Assembly (NCBI GenBank): GCA_040776945.1
Contig: JAXGZN010000002.1
Span: 256,001-320,000 of the forward strand
Reading direction: 5' to 3'
Length of the DNA stretch: 64,000 nucleotides
Source: Methanomassiliicoccaceae archaeon
GTDB lineage: Archaea > Thermoplasmatota > Thermoplasmata > Methanomassiliicoccales > Methanomassiliicoccaceae
Every line of letters begins with the position of its first letter. Position 1 is the stretch's first letter. Made by a program: the position numbers and the translations under genes. A model generated the notes under the pieces. That model had not been told where the DNA came from. It saw only the letters and a list, made by a program, of their open reading frames with translations, and ran no database searches. Below, piece by piece: positions 49,547 to 58,857 of the stretch.

Positions 49547-51043
49547 ATGACGGGGAAGCGAAGCATACCGCTGGCCAAGTACGAGCAGATCGTGGAAATG
49601 GCCAATGAGGGCATCTGGACGGTGGACGCCCGGAACCTCACTGACTTCATCAACGAGCGGGGGGCGGCCATCCTCGGCTACCGCCCGGAGGAGATGCTCG
49701 GCCGGCCGCCGGCCGATTTCTTCCTTCCAGATTCACTGGATGGTGCACAGGAGTGGCTGGGGGCGCTCATGGGCGGCGAGGCCGCCAACTATGAGCTGCA
49801 CTTGCGGCGGAAGGACGGCTCCGGCGCATGGGTCCTCGCGTCCACCCGGCCGCTCTTCGCCAAGGACGGCAGCTACGAGGGGGCGCTGAACGTCTTCTCG
49901 GACATCACCGAGCGGAAGCGGACCGAGGAGGCGCTGCACCGCTCGCAGCAGATGCTGTCCCTGGTGCTCGACAGCGTGCCGGGCCGCGTGTTCTGGAAGG
50001 ACCTCGAGCTGAACTACCTGGGATGCAATCGCAGCGCGGCCAGGGACGCCGGGTTGGAGGGTCCGGAGGACATCGTCGGCAGGAGCGACCATGACCTGGC
50101 GTGGAAGAGCACGGCGAACGATCACCGGGCCGACGATCTCGAGGTCATCAGGACCGGCGTTCCGAAGCTGGGCTACGAGGAGGTCCAGTTCCGCGAGGAC
50201 GGTCCGCGGTGGCTGCGCACGAGCAAGGTGCCCCTGCGCGATCCGAACGGCAGGATCATCGGGGTGCTCGGCACCTCCGAGGACATCACCGACCGCAAGG
50301 CCGCGGAGAAGCGGCTGGAGGAGTACGCCAGGCAGCTGGAGCGGTCGAACGAGGAGCTGCAGGAGCTCGCCTACGTGGCCTCGCACGACCTCAAGGAGCC
50401 GCTGCGCATGGTCACGCTGTCGCTGGACATCCTGCGGCGGAAGCACGGCGCGGAGATCGGCCCGAACGTCGACCAATATTTGAGCACGGCGATCGAGGGC
50501 GCCGAGAGAATGCGCCGGCTGATCAACGACCTGCTCACGTACTCGAGGGTGGAGGCGCAGGCCCGGGAGTTCGGCGCGGTGGACATGCGCGCGGCATTGG
50601 AGGCCGCGCTGGAGTACCTGAGAGCGTCGATCGAGGAGTCGCAGGCGGAGGTGTACGTCGGCGAGCTGCCGACGGTGCTGGCCGACGAGGTGCAGATGAA
50701 GCAGCTGTGGACGAACCTCATATCCAACGCCGTTAAATATCGAAGCGAGGCGAGGCCGGTTGTCAGCATAACATGCTCCGCCCAGGGCGACATGGTCGTG
50801 TTCTCGGTGCGCGACAACGGCATAGGCATCGAGCCGAGGCACCTCCCCTCGCTGTTCCGCATGTTTCACCGGCTGCATTCGAGGCACGAGTACTCCGGCA
50901 CCGGCATCGGCCTGGCGGTGTGCAAGAAGATCGTGGAGCGGCACGGCGGCAAGATATGGGCGGAATCGGACGGCGTGAGCGGGTCGAACTTCCTGTTCAC
51001 GCTGCCTAGCTTGAGCGCTCCGGCGGCAAGGCTGAGGAAGTAG
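49547..51043 (+). CDS. PAS-PAS sensor histidine kinase
   Basis: AYVASHDLKEPLR, NLISNAVKY, DNGIGI, GTGIGL motifs. Confidence 0.92.
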   Translation: MTGKRSIPLAKYEQIVEMANEGIWTVDARNLTDFINERGAAILGYRPEEMLGRPPADFFLPDSLDGAQEWLGALMGGEAANYELHLRRKDGSGAWVLASTRPLFAKDGSYEGALNVFSDITERKRTEEALHRSQQMLSLVLDSVPGRVFWKDLELNYLGCNRSAARDAGLEGPEDIVGRSDHDLAWKSTANDHRADDLEVIRTGVPKLGYEEVQFREDGPRWLRTSKVPLRDPNGRIIGVLGTSEDITDRKAAEKRLEEYARQLERSNEELQELAYVASHDLKEPLRMVTLSLDILRRKHGAEIGPNVDQYLSTAIEGAERMRRLINDLLTYSRVEAQAREFGAVDMRAALEAALEYLRASIEESQAEVYVGELPTVLADEVQMKQLWTNLISNAVKYRSEARPVVSITCSAQGDMVVFSVRDNGIGIEPRHLPSLFRMFHRLHSRHEYSGTGIGLAVCKKIVERHGGKIWAESDGVSGSNFLFTLPSLSAPAARLRK

Positions 51044-51214
51044 GGCTTGGAGTCAGGTTAAGGCGGAGCGGGGAGCATTAACGGCTTTAACCCGCGGGCA
51101 CCGCACCGCGCTGCCGTGATTCGAAGCCGGCCTGCCGCACAGCGTCCCATAATTCACGAATTTCACCTTTTTGAAGGAAACCTTTTTGTTGTCAGGCGTA
51201 GAGGTTAGGGGGCT

Positions 51215-52033
51215 GTGAGAGACATGACCATCGAAGTGCTTCCCGGAATGGAGATGTCCGCCCTGGACTGGTGGGACGATATAGCGGAGAGGCTGAGGGA
51301 GACCTCGCCGGTGATATTCCTTGATTACGACGGCACCTTGACGCCGATCTCCAACGTGCCGTCGCAACCGGTGCTGACGGACAGCATGCGCGGCACGCTG
51401 CGCCGCCTGGCGAAGAAGTGCCCGGTCGTCCTGGTCAGCGGACGCGAGATCGAGGACATCAAGCGGCGCGTGGGTCTCGACGAGCTTGTGTACATGGCCA
51501 GCGGGGGCTTCGAGGTCATAGGGCCGTACGGCCACTACGTGGAGAGGAGCGCCGAGGAGTTCGTCCCGTCGCTCGACCGGGCGGAGAAGGAGCTGCGGTA
51601 CTCCATCGGTGAGATCAGGGGAGCGCTCGTGGAGCGCAGGCGCTTCGCGGTGGCCGTGCATCACCGCCTCGTGGACGAGAGGACCATGCCCTGGCTGGAG
51701 GAGATCTTCGACCGCGTGGCCAGGAAGAACCCCCGGCTCCGGGCGGTCAAGAGCAAGCGGGCCTTCGAGCTGAAGCCGAACGCCGACTGGGACCGCGGCC
51801 GTGCCGTGGGTCTCGTGATAAGCACGCTCCGGCTGAGGAACGCGATGCCGGTGTACATAGGCGACGACAACGCGGACGAGGAGGCGTTCAAGGCCATCGG
51901 AGAGCACGGCGTGACCATCATGGTCACCGAGGACGCGCGGGAGACGGCGGCGCAGTACGTCCTGGCGGACGAGCTGGAGGTGCAGCAGTTCCTGGAGCAG
52001 GTGATCGAGACGCTGGAGGAGCGGGCTCCCTGA
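51215..52033 (+). CDS. otsB: Trehalose-6-phosphate phosphatase (HAD IIB)
   Basis: FLDYDGTL.PI, VSGR, AVHHR, ELKP...WD.G.A, IGDD..DE.AF motifs. Confidence 0.85.
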   Translation: MRDMTIEVLPGMEMSALDWWDDIAERLRETSPVIFLDYDGTLTPISNVPSQPVLTDSMRGTLRRLAKKCPVVLVSGREIEDIKRRVGLDELVYMASGGFEVIGPYGHYVERSAEEFVPSLDRAEKELRYSIGEIRGALVERRRFAVAVHHRLVDERTMPWLEEIFDRVARKNPRLRAVKSKRAFELKPNADWDRGRAVGLVISTLRLRNAMPVYIGDDNADEEAFKAIGEHGVTIMVTEDARETAAQYVLADELEVQQFLEQVIETLEERAP

Positions 52034-52089
52034 GCGCCGCCATCTGGCGATGGAAGACGATCCCATCACCACGTTCCGATAGAGAGAGC

Positions 52090-52395
52090 ATGGATGCTGA
52101 GGGGAGGTTCTCCCGTGCGGCCGTGTAAGTGTACCATCCCGGGAAGAGAGAGGAGGGTGACGCCGTGGTCCGATCGTTCGTCAAGGAGGGACCGGCCGGC
52201 TTGAAGGGATACCTCATACTGGACGATCTGGATAATTCGGACAAGGCCGCCTACGTTACCCTCTGGTCCTCCGAGGAGGCGATGAAAGAGCACTTCGGAA
52301 GCATCCGGGGGGACCTCGACGAGGCCGTGGACGGGCTGATCTGCGGGGCCACGGAGTACATATTCACCAAGGTCCGCGACGTGTCCCTGAGCTGA
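52090..52395 (+). pseudogene. ABM-like dimeric alpha/beta barrel protein with in-frame TAA at 52126-52128
   Basis: ATG 52090 is in frame with ORF 52129: MDAEGRFSRAAV*VYHPGKREE...GLKGY...TLWSSEEAM. Confidence 0.5.
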
Positions 52396-52530
52396 GCATG
52401 TTGCTCACATCGGTTCTTGCCGCGGCCGCGCCTCGTGCTTCGATCTCGGCGCCGAGCCCCGCTTCCTGGGTCGGAGCGCCCATGTGCCTCATGATCGAGA
52501 CCTTCGGTGCAGGGGTCCTGAGGACGTAGG

Positions 52531-53586
52531 TCAATCGTTCCTCACCACTGGGAAATCATCCAGCATCATCTGCCCGCTCTTTTTGATCGGGGTCACCACC
52601 TTCTGAAGGTTCTCAATTAAAATGTCCATCCTCTGATTCATGATCAGGTCATAGAACAGGTGGATCATTTCCTCGAACTTGTCCTCGTTGCCCAATCTCA
52701 AGGCGTTGATGTATCTATCTCTGTCCCTGCCAAGGAACAGCAACTTCGGGAACTTCTCACGCAACAGCAGGTAGTTGAACACCTCCCTGCCGACGCGTCC
52801 GTTCCCATCTGTGAACGGATGTATCATCTCGAACTTATAATGAAAGATGACGGCAGCCTCGAACGGATGCTTTGAATCCATCACTGAACCATAGTACTCG
52901 TCGATCAACTCCTTCAGCTCCATCTCGATCATGTCCGCGGGGGTCACTGAAAGGTCGCATCCGCCTATCCCAATGCCATCTATCCTCCGGAAGGTCCCTG
53001 CAGATTCGGTATCGATGTTGTTCATGATCATCGAATGCATGGTCTTGATGAAATCCAAGGTTACCTTGCCCTTGTATCTGTTCCGGTAGAGTAGCACATT
53101 CTTGAAGTTCTGGACCTCGTTGATCTCCCTCAGGGTCTTGGCATTTGGAGCTACTCCTTGCTCCAGGAGGCTGTGGGTCTCCGCCAGGGAGAGGGTGTTC
53201 CCCTCGATGGAAGTGGTTCCGTGCACATAACTGACCTCGAAGTTCTTCTCGTAGCTTTCGGCCTCGTTGACGGTCAGGAGGTCGGTGAACGAGCGATAGA
53301 TGAACCTCAGTTCCTCCAGGTTGATCACCTCCTCATTGGACAGATATGAGGAGCGAAAGCAATCTGCATTAAGCTGAGCTTTCTTCTTCGCCGCCTTCAT
53401 CTCCAGATCGAATGCGTAATCCCGGCGGAATGCGGCGAGCTCACGGGAGGTCGGAGGAGAACCGCTCCCTAGGTACTTCTTCACCTTGCTCTTCTTCTGG
53501 CCTACCTTCACGTCCTTGACCAGATAGAACTGGGGCTGGCCTCCTTGTGGATAGTTCACCTCGACCCTATAGGGCTTCCTTGCCAT
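52531..53586 (-). CDS. Fic-domain protein (AMPylase-like)
   Basis: HPFTDGNGRVGR catalytic motif; TTSIEGN inhibitory motif. Confidence 0.92.
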   Translation of the reverse strand: MARKPYRVEVNYPQGGQPQFYLVKDVKVGQKKSKVKKYLGSGSPPTSRELAAFRRDYAFDLEMKAAKKKAQLNADCFRSSYLSNEEVINLEELRFIYRSFTDLLTVNEAESYEKNFEVSYVHGTTSIEGNTLSLAETHSLLEQGVAPNAKTLREINEVQNFKNVLLYRNRYKGKVTLDFIKTMHSMIMNNIDTESAGTFRRIDGIGIGGCDLSVTPADMIEMELKELIDEYYGSVMDSKHPFEAAVIFHYKFEMIHPFTDGNGRVGREVFNYLLLREKFPKLLFLGRDRDRYINALRLGNEDKFEEMIHLFYDLIMNQRMDILIENLQKVVTPIKKSGQMMLDDFPVVRND

Positions 53587-53883
53587 CGAGGAGTTATTAC
53601 GGGATGGCCTAATTTAAAGTTATCTCAATTAGGTGGTCCCGTAAGAGGAGAAGCCCGGCGGACGCGCTCACTCTTCTTTCATCACCTTCTTCTAACTCTT
53701 CCCTTCTCGCGTCATGTTCACACCTAGCCATGCCTTGATTGCGTGGACGACCTGGCAACCTCGGTTATTAGACCGGGACGAGATGAAAAAGCGGTCCTGG
53801 GCCGAGATCGACGCTAAGACGGTTAATGAGCGCCGGCAAGGACGAGGCACAAGCGACAGGGCCATCTAGGCCCTGCATCCATA

Positions 53884-54177
53884 ATGGCGTTCATGGGCAT
53901 CATCTACGCGGTCTTCAACCACACCAAGAGGGAGTTCGTTCACCCTGACGGATTGCCGATCGATCGCAGCGATCCAGTGAGCTACCCGTTCTCGTCGTTC
54001 ATCACCAACTTGCTGGTTAACAGCTGGCGGCACGACCACGTGGTCATCTTCGATGACTCCGGGGACATATACTGTGATTGGACACTGTCGAAGAGCTACC
54101 AGGACCGCAGCAAGGAGCTGTGGAACGAGTTCGTGACGCTGTACGGCGCCCTGCATCCCGAGCTCCGGCCGGTGTGA
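53884..54177 (+). CDS. Small hypothetical protein
   Basis: Genome-typical codon usage; MGIIY..NHTKREF.HP N-terminus. Confidence 0.65.
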   Translation: MAFMGIIYAVFNHTKREFVHPDGLPIDRSDPVSYPFSSFITNLLVNSWRHDHVVIFDDSGDIYCDWTLSKSYQDRSKELWNEFVTLYGALHPELRPV

Positions 54178-54293
54178 GCCGGTGGAGCATCGCTCCTCGT
54201 CCTCGGCCAGAGCGTTGGCGTTCGTCGGCCATCTTGCTGAGCTATGCTCTCGCATTTGGTCGCGCTGCAGCGTATGAAGAACGGTCAACGGGT

Positions 54294-54405
54294 TCGCAGC
54301 GGCGAGGTCAGTCCAGCGCGTACCCGAAGTACTCCTGGCGGACGTCGCAGCGGCGAGGTCAGTCCAGCGCGTACCCGAAGTACTCCTGGCGGACGTCGCA
54401 GCGGC
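54294..54405. repeat. Perfect 51-bp tandem duplication bounded by TCGCAGCGGC
   Basis: Units start at 54294 and 54345; a third 10-bp partial copy starts at 54396. Confidence 0.95.
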
Positions 54406-54658
54406 ACTTCTTGTTCCGGGGCTCGGAGCACTGCTTGATCCTTTGGACGATGGCGCTCCCCTCTGGCTGGGGTATAGGGCTGCGCAACGAGCCCTCGGCC
54501 TCCCCCAGGAACCGGTCGCGGAGGATCTCTACGGTGTAGAGATCGCACCATGGGCAACGATAGAAAGTCTCGATGTACTCGTCCCCCATGATGCTCCCGG
54601 CGATGGACACCACCGCCGGTCGATCGATATTTCTTCCGCAGTTCGAGCACCGGATCAA
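54359..54658 (-). CDS. Small Cys-rich metal-binding protein
   Basis: CSNC, CPWC, C......CRC; ISG/IAG.IMGDEY pattern. Confidence 0.75.
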   Translation of the reverse strand: MIRCSNCGRNIDRPAVVSIAGSIMGDEYIETFYRCPWCDLYTVEILRDRFLGEAEGSLRSPIPQPEGSAIVQRIKQCSEPRNKKCRCDVRQEYFGYALD

Positions 54659-54895
54659 GTCGTTCCGCCCCTGAACTTAGATTCGAGCTTCACGCTCAAA
54701 TAATCGCCGTCCTCCGGCCGCTTCTTCCCAATTCTAGGAATCGACTGCACATCAATGAGCAGTGAGCAAGTATTCGAGTGGTTCCTCGAGCAATCATCCA
54801 GCGGAAATTGGCGAGCCTCGAGCAGATGATCCATGCAGCACTGCACCGAAACCACGTGGCGTGACGGCTCCCGGGCTAAATGGTGGAGCTCATCC

Positions 54896-55120
54896 TCAAC
54901 GTCGCTGGTCCTTGGTCTCCGGCGCCTTGTAGGCGACGATCGTGACGCTCAGGGACGCCTCGAGCTCCTGCAATTTGACGATCTGGGCGTCGCTGAGCTT
55001 GGCGTACTCGGCCGGCTGTTGGTACCACGCTAAGAGTATAACGCCCATTTCCCGCTCGAGCTTCCTCATCAAGCCCACGCTCTGCTCGTCGAGATCAATG
55101 TTCTTAGACGCTTCCGGCAT
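54896..55120 (-). CDS. Small protein with an internal duplication
   Basis: LDEQ...MRKLEREMGVILLAW / LSDAQ..KLQELEASLSVTIVAY; GGAGAG SD upstream. Confidence 0.7.
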   Translation of the reverse strand: MPEASKNIDLDEQSVGLMRKLEREMGVILLAWYQQPAEYAKLSDAQIVKLQELEASLSVTIVAYKAPETKDQRR

Positions 55121-55710
55121 TCTTCCTCTCCAGGTCGAAGAGTTCCGTCCGCGGTATTTGAAGCCTTCTCGAGGGTGGGGGGCTTGACGCGATCGTGATG
55201 TTCGAGCCTGGAGAGATATTTGTTCTATTCGATCGGATGGAGAGGAACGGAACAAGTCCCGAGCGCTCTGAGTTATTCTATCTTATAGGGACAACATTCG
55301 CATGCTGTGTGATTGGCATGTAGTGACCCAGTTCTCGATGGCCGGGCCGTTTCTCCCGTCTTTCGGAATTATTGTTCCTATTAGAGCATCTGAGGGCGTG
55401 AGACAATCACCTTTCTCTAAATGTTCGTTCACGTGTTATTGCTTGTGATAACCGAAGATTTTTTCGGCCACAACAATAGTTTTAGGTAATTATTTCGAAT
55501 GAGCTCTAAGCAACGACCTTCGTTCTATCCCTCGCATAATGGCAACGCTCATCATACACTCTCAATATCTTGTGAGCAGAGTCGTTGGATCATTCACGAT
55601 TTTGATTCTCATTTTTTGAATTACATCGGTTAATTTTTATGTAAGATATGCCTTTCCACGCTGGGGAAAGGTCGGGGTCGAATGATATCCGGCAGTAACC
55701 GGTGGGCATA

Positions 55711-56649
55711 ATGGAACATTCTAAGATATTGGTGACCGGCGGGGCCGGCTTCATCGGCACGAATCTAGTAAAGGAGCTCTCGGGACGCGGGCACGAGGTG
55801 TTCGCCGTTGACCTGCTCAACAACGAGCGTAAAAACTACTGTCGCTGCGATATTAGGAGCATCCGCCAGATTGAAAGGTTATTTGATAAGAGGAAGTTCG
55901 ATTATGTTTATCATCTCGCCGCAGAATATGGACGCTGGAACGGCGAGGATTATTACGAGAATTTGTGGGAGACGAATGTTATTGGAACGAAGAACATGCT
56001 CCGTATGCAGGAGCGGTACAAGTTCCGCATGATCTTCTATTCGTCCGCCGAGGTCTACGGCGATTACCGCGGCGTGATGTCCGAGGACGTGATGGAAAAG
56101 AATCCCATCGCCGACACCTACCAGATGAACGACTATGCAATCACCAAGTGGGCAGGGGAGCTCATGTGCTTGAACTCGGCCAAGATGTTCGATACCGAGA
56201 CCGTCCGCGTGCGGCCAGTGAACTGCTACGGTCCCGGAGAACACTACACTCCTTATCGCGGATTCATTCCAAAGTTCATCTACAGTGCATTACATGGACT
56301 CCCATATACAGTGTATCGGGGCCATAAGCGCATCATCGACTTTGTCGAGGACTCCTGCCGTACCTGGGCCAACATCGTTGACAAGTTCATTCCGGGCGAG
56401 GTGTACAATGTCGCCGGCCGTCCATAGTGGGAACGCTCCATCGAGGAATATTCAGACCTGATCCTCAAGGCAGTCGGTCGGGACGATTCACTTGTCACTT
56501 ACAAAGAAGCGGAGCCGTTCACTACCGAGGTAAAGACTGTAGACTGCTCGAAGGCTGTTAAAAATCTGAAGCATGCTCCCCGCGTCACTCCTGAGGAAGG
56601 GATCAAGCGGACGGTGGAGTGGATGAAGTGGTTCTACCGGGTGGAGTGA
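55711..56649 (+). CDS. NAD-dependent sugar epimerase/dehydratase with in-frame TAG at 56425-56427
   Basis: GGAGFIG, HLAA, SSAEVYG, YAITK motifs; the frame continues for 73 codons after TAG to TGA 56647-56649 with a typical SDR C-terminus (PEEGIKRTVEW). Confidence 0.85.
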
Positions 56650-56654
56650 TCCAG

Positions 56655-57650
56655 ATGAACGACTTTTCCGACTTCAAGGGGAAGACCGTCCTTGTGACGG
56701 GCGGAGCGGGCTGCGTTGGCAGCAACCTCTGCAGGAGGCTCGCTGAGCTCGAAGCGAAGGAGGTCATAATCCTTGACGATCTCTCATCGGCGTACGAGTG
56801 GAATATCCCGAAAGCGAACAACATTTCCTTCGTTAAGGGCAGCATCCTGGACGAGGGAATGCTGAAGCGGGTTTTCAAAAAACGCCCTCAATATGTGTAC
56901 CATCTCGCAGCGCACTTCGCTAACCAGAATTCTGTAGATAATCCGGAGAAGGACCTGCTGGTCAACGGGCTAGGCATTCTTAAGGTGTTGGAGCACGCGC
57001 AACTCGTGGATGTCGACCGGTTCGTGTACTCCTCGTCCGGCTGCGGTGTCTATGGATTGGACTCGAAGATGCCGTTCGAGGAGCACGATATCTCGATCTC
57101 ACTGCACACCCCCTACCAGGTCACGAAGCTCCTCGGCGAGCTGTACACCAACTACTTCCACAACCTCTACGAGATGCCGGTGGTGAACGCCCGCTTCTTC
57201 AACGTGTTCGGGCCAGGAGAGGTTCCAGGATGGTACCGTAACGTCATCCCCAACTTCATATACTGGGCTATGAACGGGCAGCCTCTGCCGATTACCGGCG
57301 ACGGCTCGGAGACCCGGGACTGGACCTACGTGATGGATATCGTGAACGGCCTGCTGGCGATGGGCGTGAAGGACAAGGCCATCGGCCAAGCGATCAACCT
57401 GGGCTCGGGCAAGGAGCATAAAGTGGTCGATATGGCCCGCAAGGTCAACGAACTCGCCGGCAACAAGGCAGGGATCAAGTTCGTGGAGCGCCGGGACTGG
57501 GACGTCAAGAAGCGGCTGTGTAGCTCGATCGGCAGAGCTCAGGACGTGCTCGACTACCGGCCGGCCGTCTCCTTCGAGGACGGGTTGAAGAGCGTACACT
57601 CGTGGTTCAAGAGCAACTGGGTCGAGATCCAGCGCTCGGCGGAGTTCTGA
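56655..57650 (+). CDS. NAD-dependent epimerase/dehydratase
   Basis: GGAGCVG, DDLSS, HLAA, YQVTK, NVFGPG, GDGSETRDW motifs; GGAGTGA SD. Confidence 0.92.
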   Translation: MNDFSDFKGKTVLVTGGAGCVGSNLCRRLAELEAKEVIILDDLSSAYEWNIPKANNISFVKGSILDEGMLKRVFKKRPQYVYHLAAHFANQNSVDNPEKDLLVNGLGILKVLEHAQLVDVDRFVYSSSGCGVYGLDSKMPFEEHDISISLHTPYQVTKLLGELYTNYFHNLYEMPVVNARFFNVFGPGEVPGWYRNVIPNFIYWAMNGQPLPITGDGSETRDWTYVMDIVNGLLAMGVKDKAIGQAINLGSGKEHKVVDMARKVNELAGNKAGIKFVERRDWDVKKRLCSSIGRAQDVLDYRPAVSFEDGLKSVHSWFKSNWVEIQRSAEF

Positions 57651-57654
57651 ACGC

Positions 57655-58848
57655 ATGCGCATCCTGGTCGTTCAGGAGTCGGACTGGATCGCCAAGGGGC
57701 CGCACCAAAGTCACCACCTGTTCGAGCGGCTGGCCCAGAAAGGCCACGAAATCCACGTCATCGACTACCCAATAGACTGGAGGAAGGCGCCGATCAAGAA
57801 GCCCCTGGTCATGATCAAGCAGGTCTTCACCAGCGTGCACAAGGTCGTCGGCAACGGTGTGACAGTGATTAGGCCGGGGATTGTCCAACTTCCGTTCTTC
57901 AGCTACGCCTCGCTCATCGTCACACACAGGTTGGAAATCATTAGGCAGATTAATGAATTCAAGCCGGACGTTATCGTCGGCTTCGGCCTCCTCAATGCAC
58001 GATTGGCCGCGACCCAGGCCCGCCACCATAACATACCATTCGTGTACTACGTGATCGACGAGCTCCACCGGTTGGTGCCGGAGCAGATGTTCCAGACTTT
58101 TGCCAGAGCGGTGGAGATGGACAATAACAAGAACGCCAGCAAGGTTATCTCCATCAACGAGGGCCTGAAAGACTATACGGTGCAGATGGGCGCAGCGCCT
58201 GAGAAGACTGAGGTCATCCGGGCCGGTGTAGACTTTAACCGCTTCTCGAAGGCCGATGGCTCGGCTATCAGGAAACGCTACGGTTTCACCGACGAGGATA
58301 CGGTGATGTTCTTCATGGGCTGGCTATATGATTTTTCAGGCCTGGACGAGGTCGCTATACAGATGGCTCAGAGCGAGAACAAGAATCTGAAGATGCTGGT
58401 TTTAGGAAAAGGTGAGCTCTGGGACAGCCTGCAGGATATCAAGGAAAAGTACAATCTGGGCGACCGCCTCATCCTCGAGGGCTGGAAGCCGTACGAGGAG
58501 GTTCCGTCATACCTCGCCGCGGTAGACATCTGCCTGCTGCCAGCGCAGAAGAACGAGATTATGCAGAACATCGTGCCTATCAAGCTGTACGAGTACATGG
58601 CCGCCGGGAAGCCGGTGATCTGCACCTCGCTACACGGCGTGATCACGGAGTTCGGGTACGATAATGGAATTCACTACATCGATAGACCGGAAGAAGTTAT
58701 ACCCCTGGCCACTACGCTCATTGACGGCTCGTCGATCGAGAGTGAAGGCCAGCTGGCCCAGCAGTTCGTGGCGGAGAACGATTGGAGCGTCATCACCTCT
58801 AGCTTTGAACTTACTTTGAACGAGCTTGTGCATAGCAACGAGTCTTAG
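57655..58848 (+). CDS. GT4-family glycosyltransferase
   Basis: AGVD..RF, PIKLYEYMAAGKPVI motifs. Confidence 0.9.
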   Translation: MRILVVQESDWIAKGPHQSHHLFERLAQKGHEIHVIDYPIDWRKAPIKKPLVMIKQVFTSVHKVVGNGVTVIRPGIVQLPFFSYASLIVTHRLEIIRQINEFKPDVIVGFGLLNARLAATQARHHNIPFVYYVIDELHRLVPEQMFQTFARAVEMDNNKNASKVISINEGLKDYTVQMGAAPEKTEVIRAGVDFNRFSKADGSAIRKRYGFTDEDTVMFFMGWLYDFSGLDEVAIQMAQSENKNLKMLVLGKGELWDSLQDIKEKYNLGDRLILEGWKPYEEVPSYLAAVDICLLPAQKNEIMQNIVPIKLYEYMAAGKPVICTSLHGVITEFGYDNGIHYIDRPEEVIPLATTLIDGSSIESEGQLAQQFVAENDWSVITSSFELTLNELVHSNES

Positions 58849-58857
58849 GTGTAAATC

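Noticed and set aside
53668-53716. Tiny minus-strand ORF with an internal TAG (MTREGKS*KKVMKEE)
   Set aside because: Too short to support; no evidence of coding
54294-54405. Possible mini-CRISPR
   Set aside because: The units are identical with no unique spacers, and no cas genes or leader are present
52400-55700. Possible integrated mobile element around the Fic gene
   Set aside because: No integrase, transposase, tRNA target or terminal repeats found
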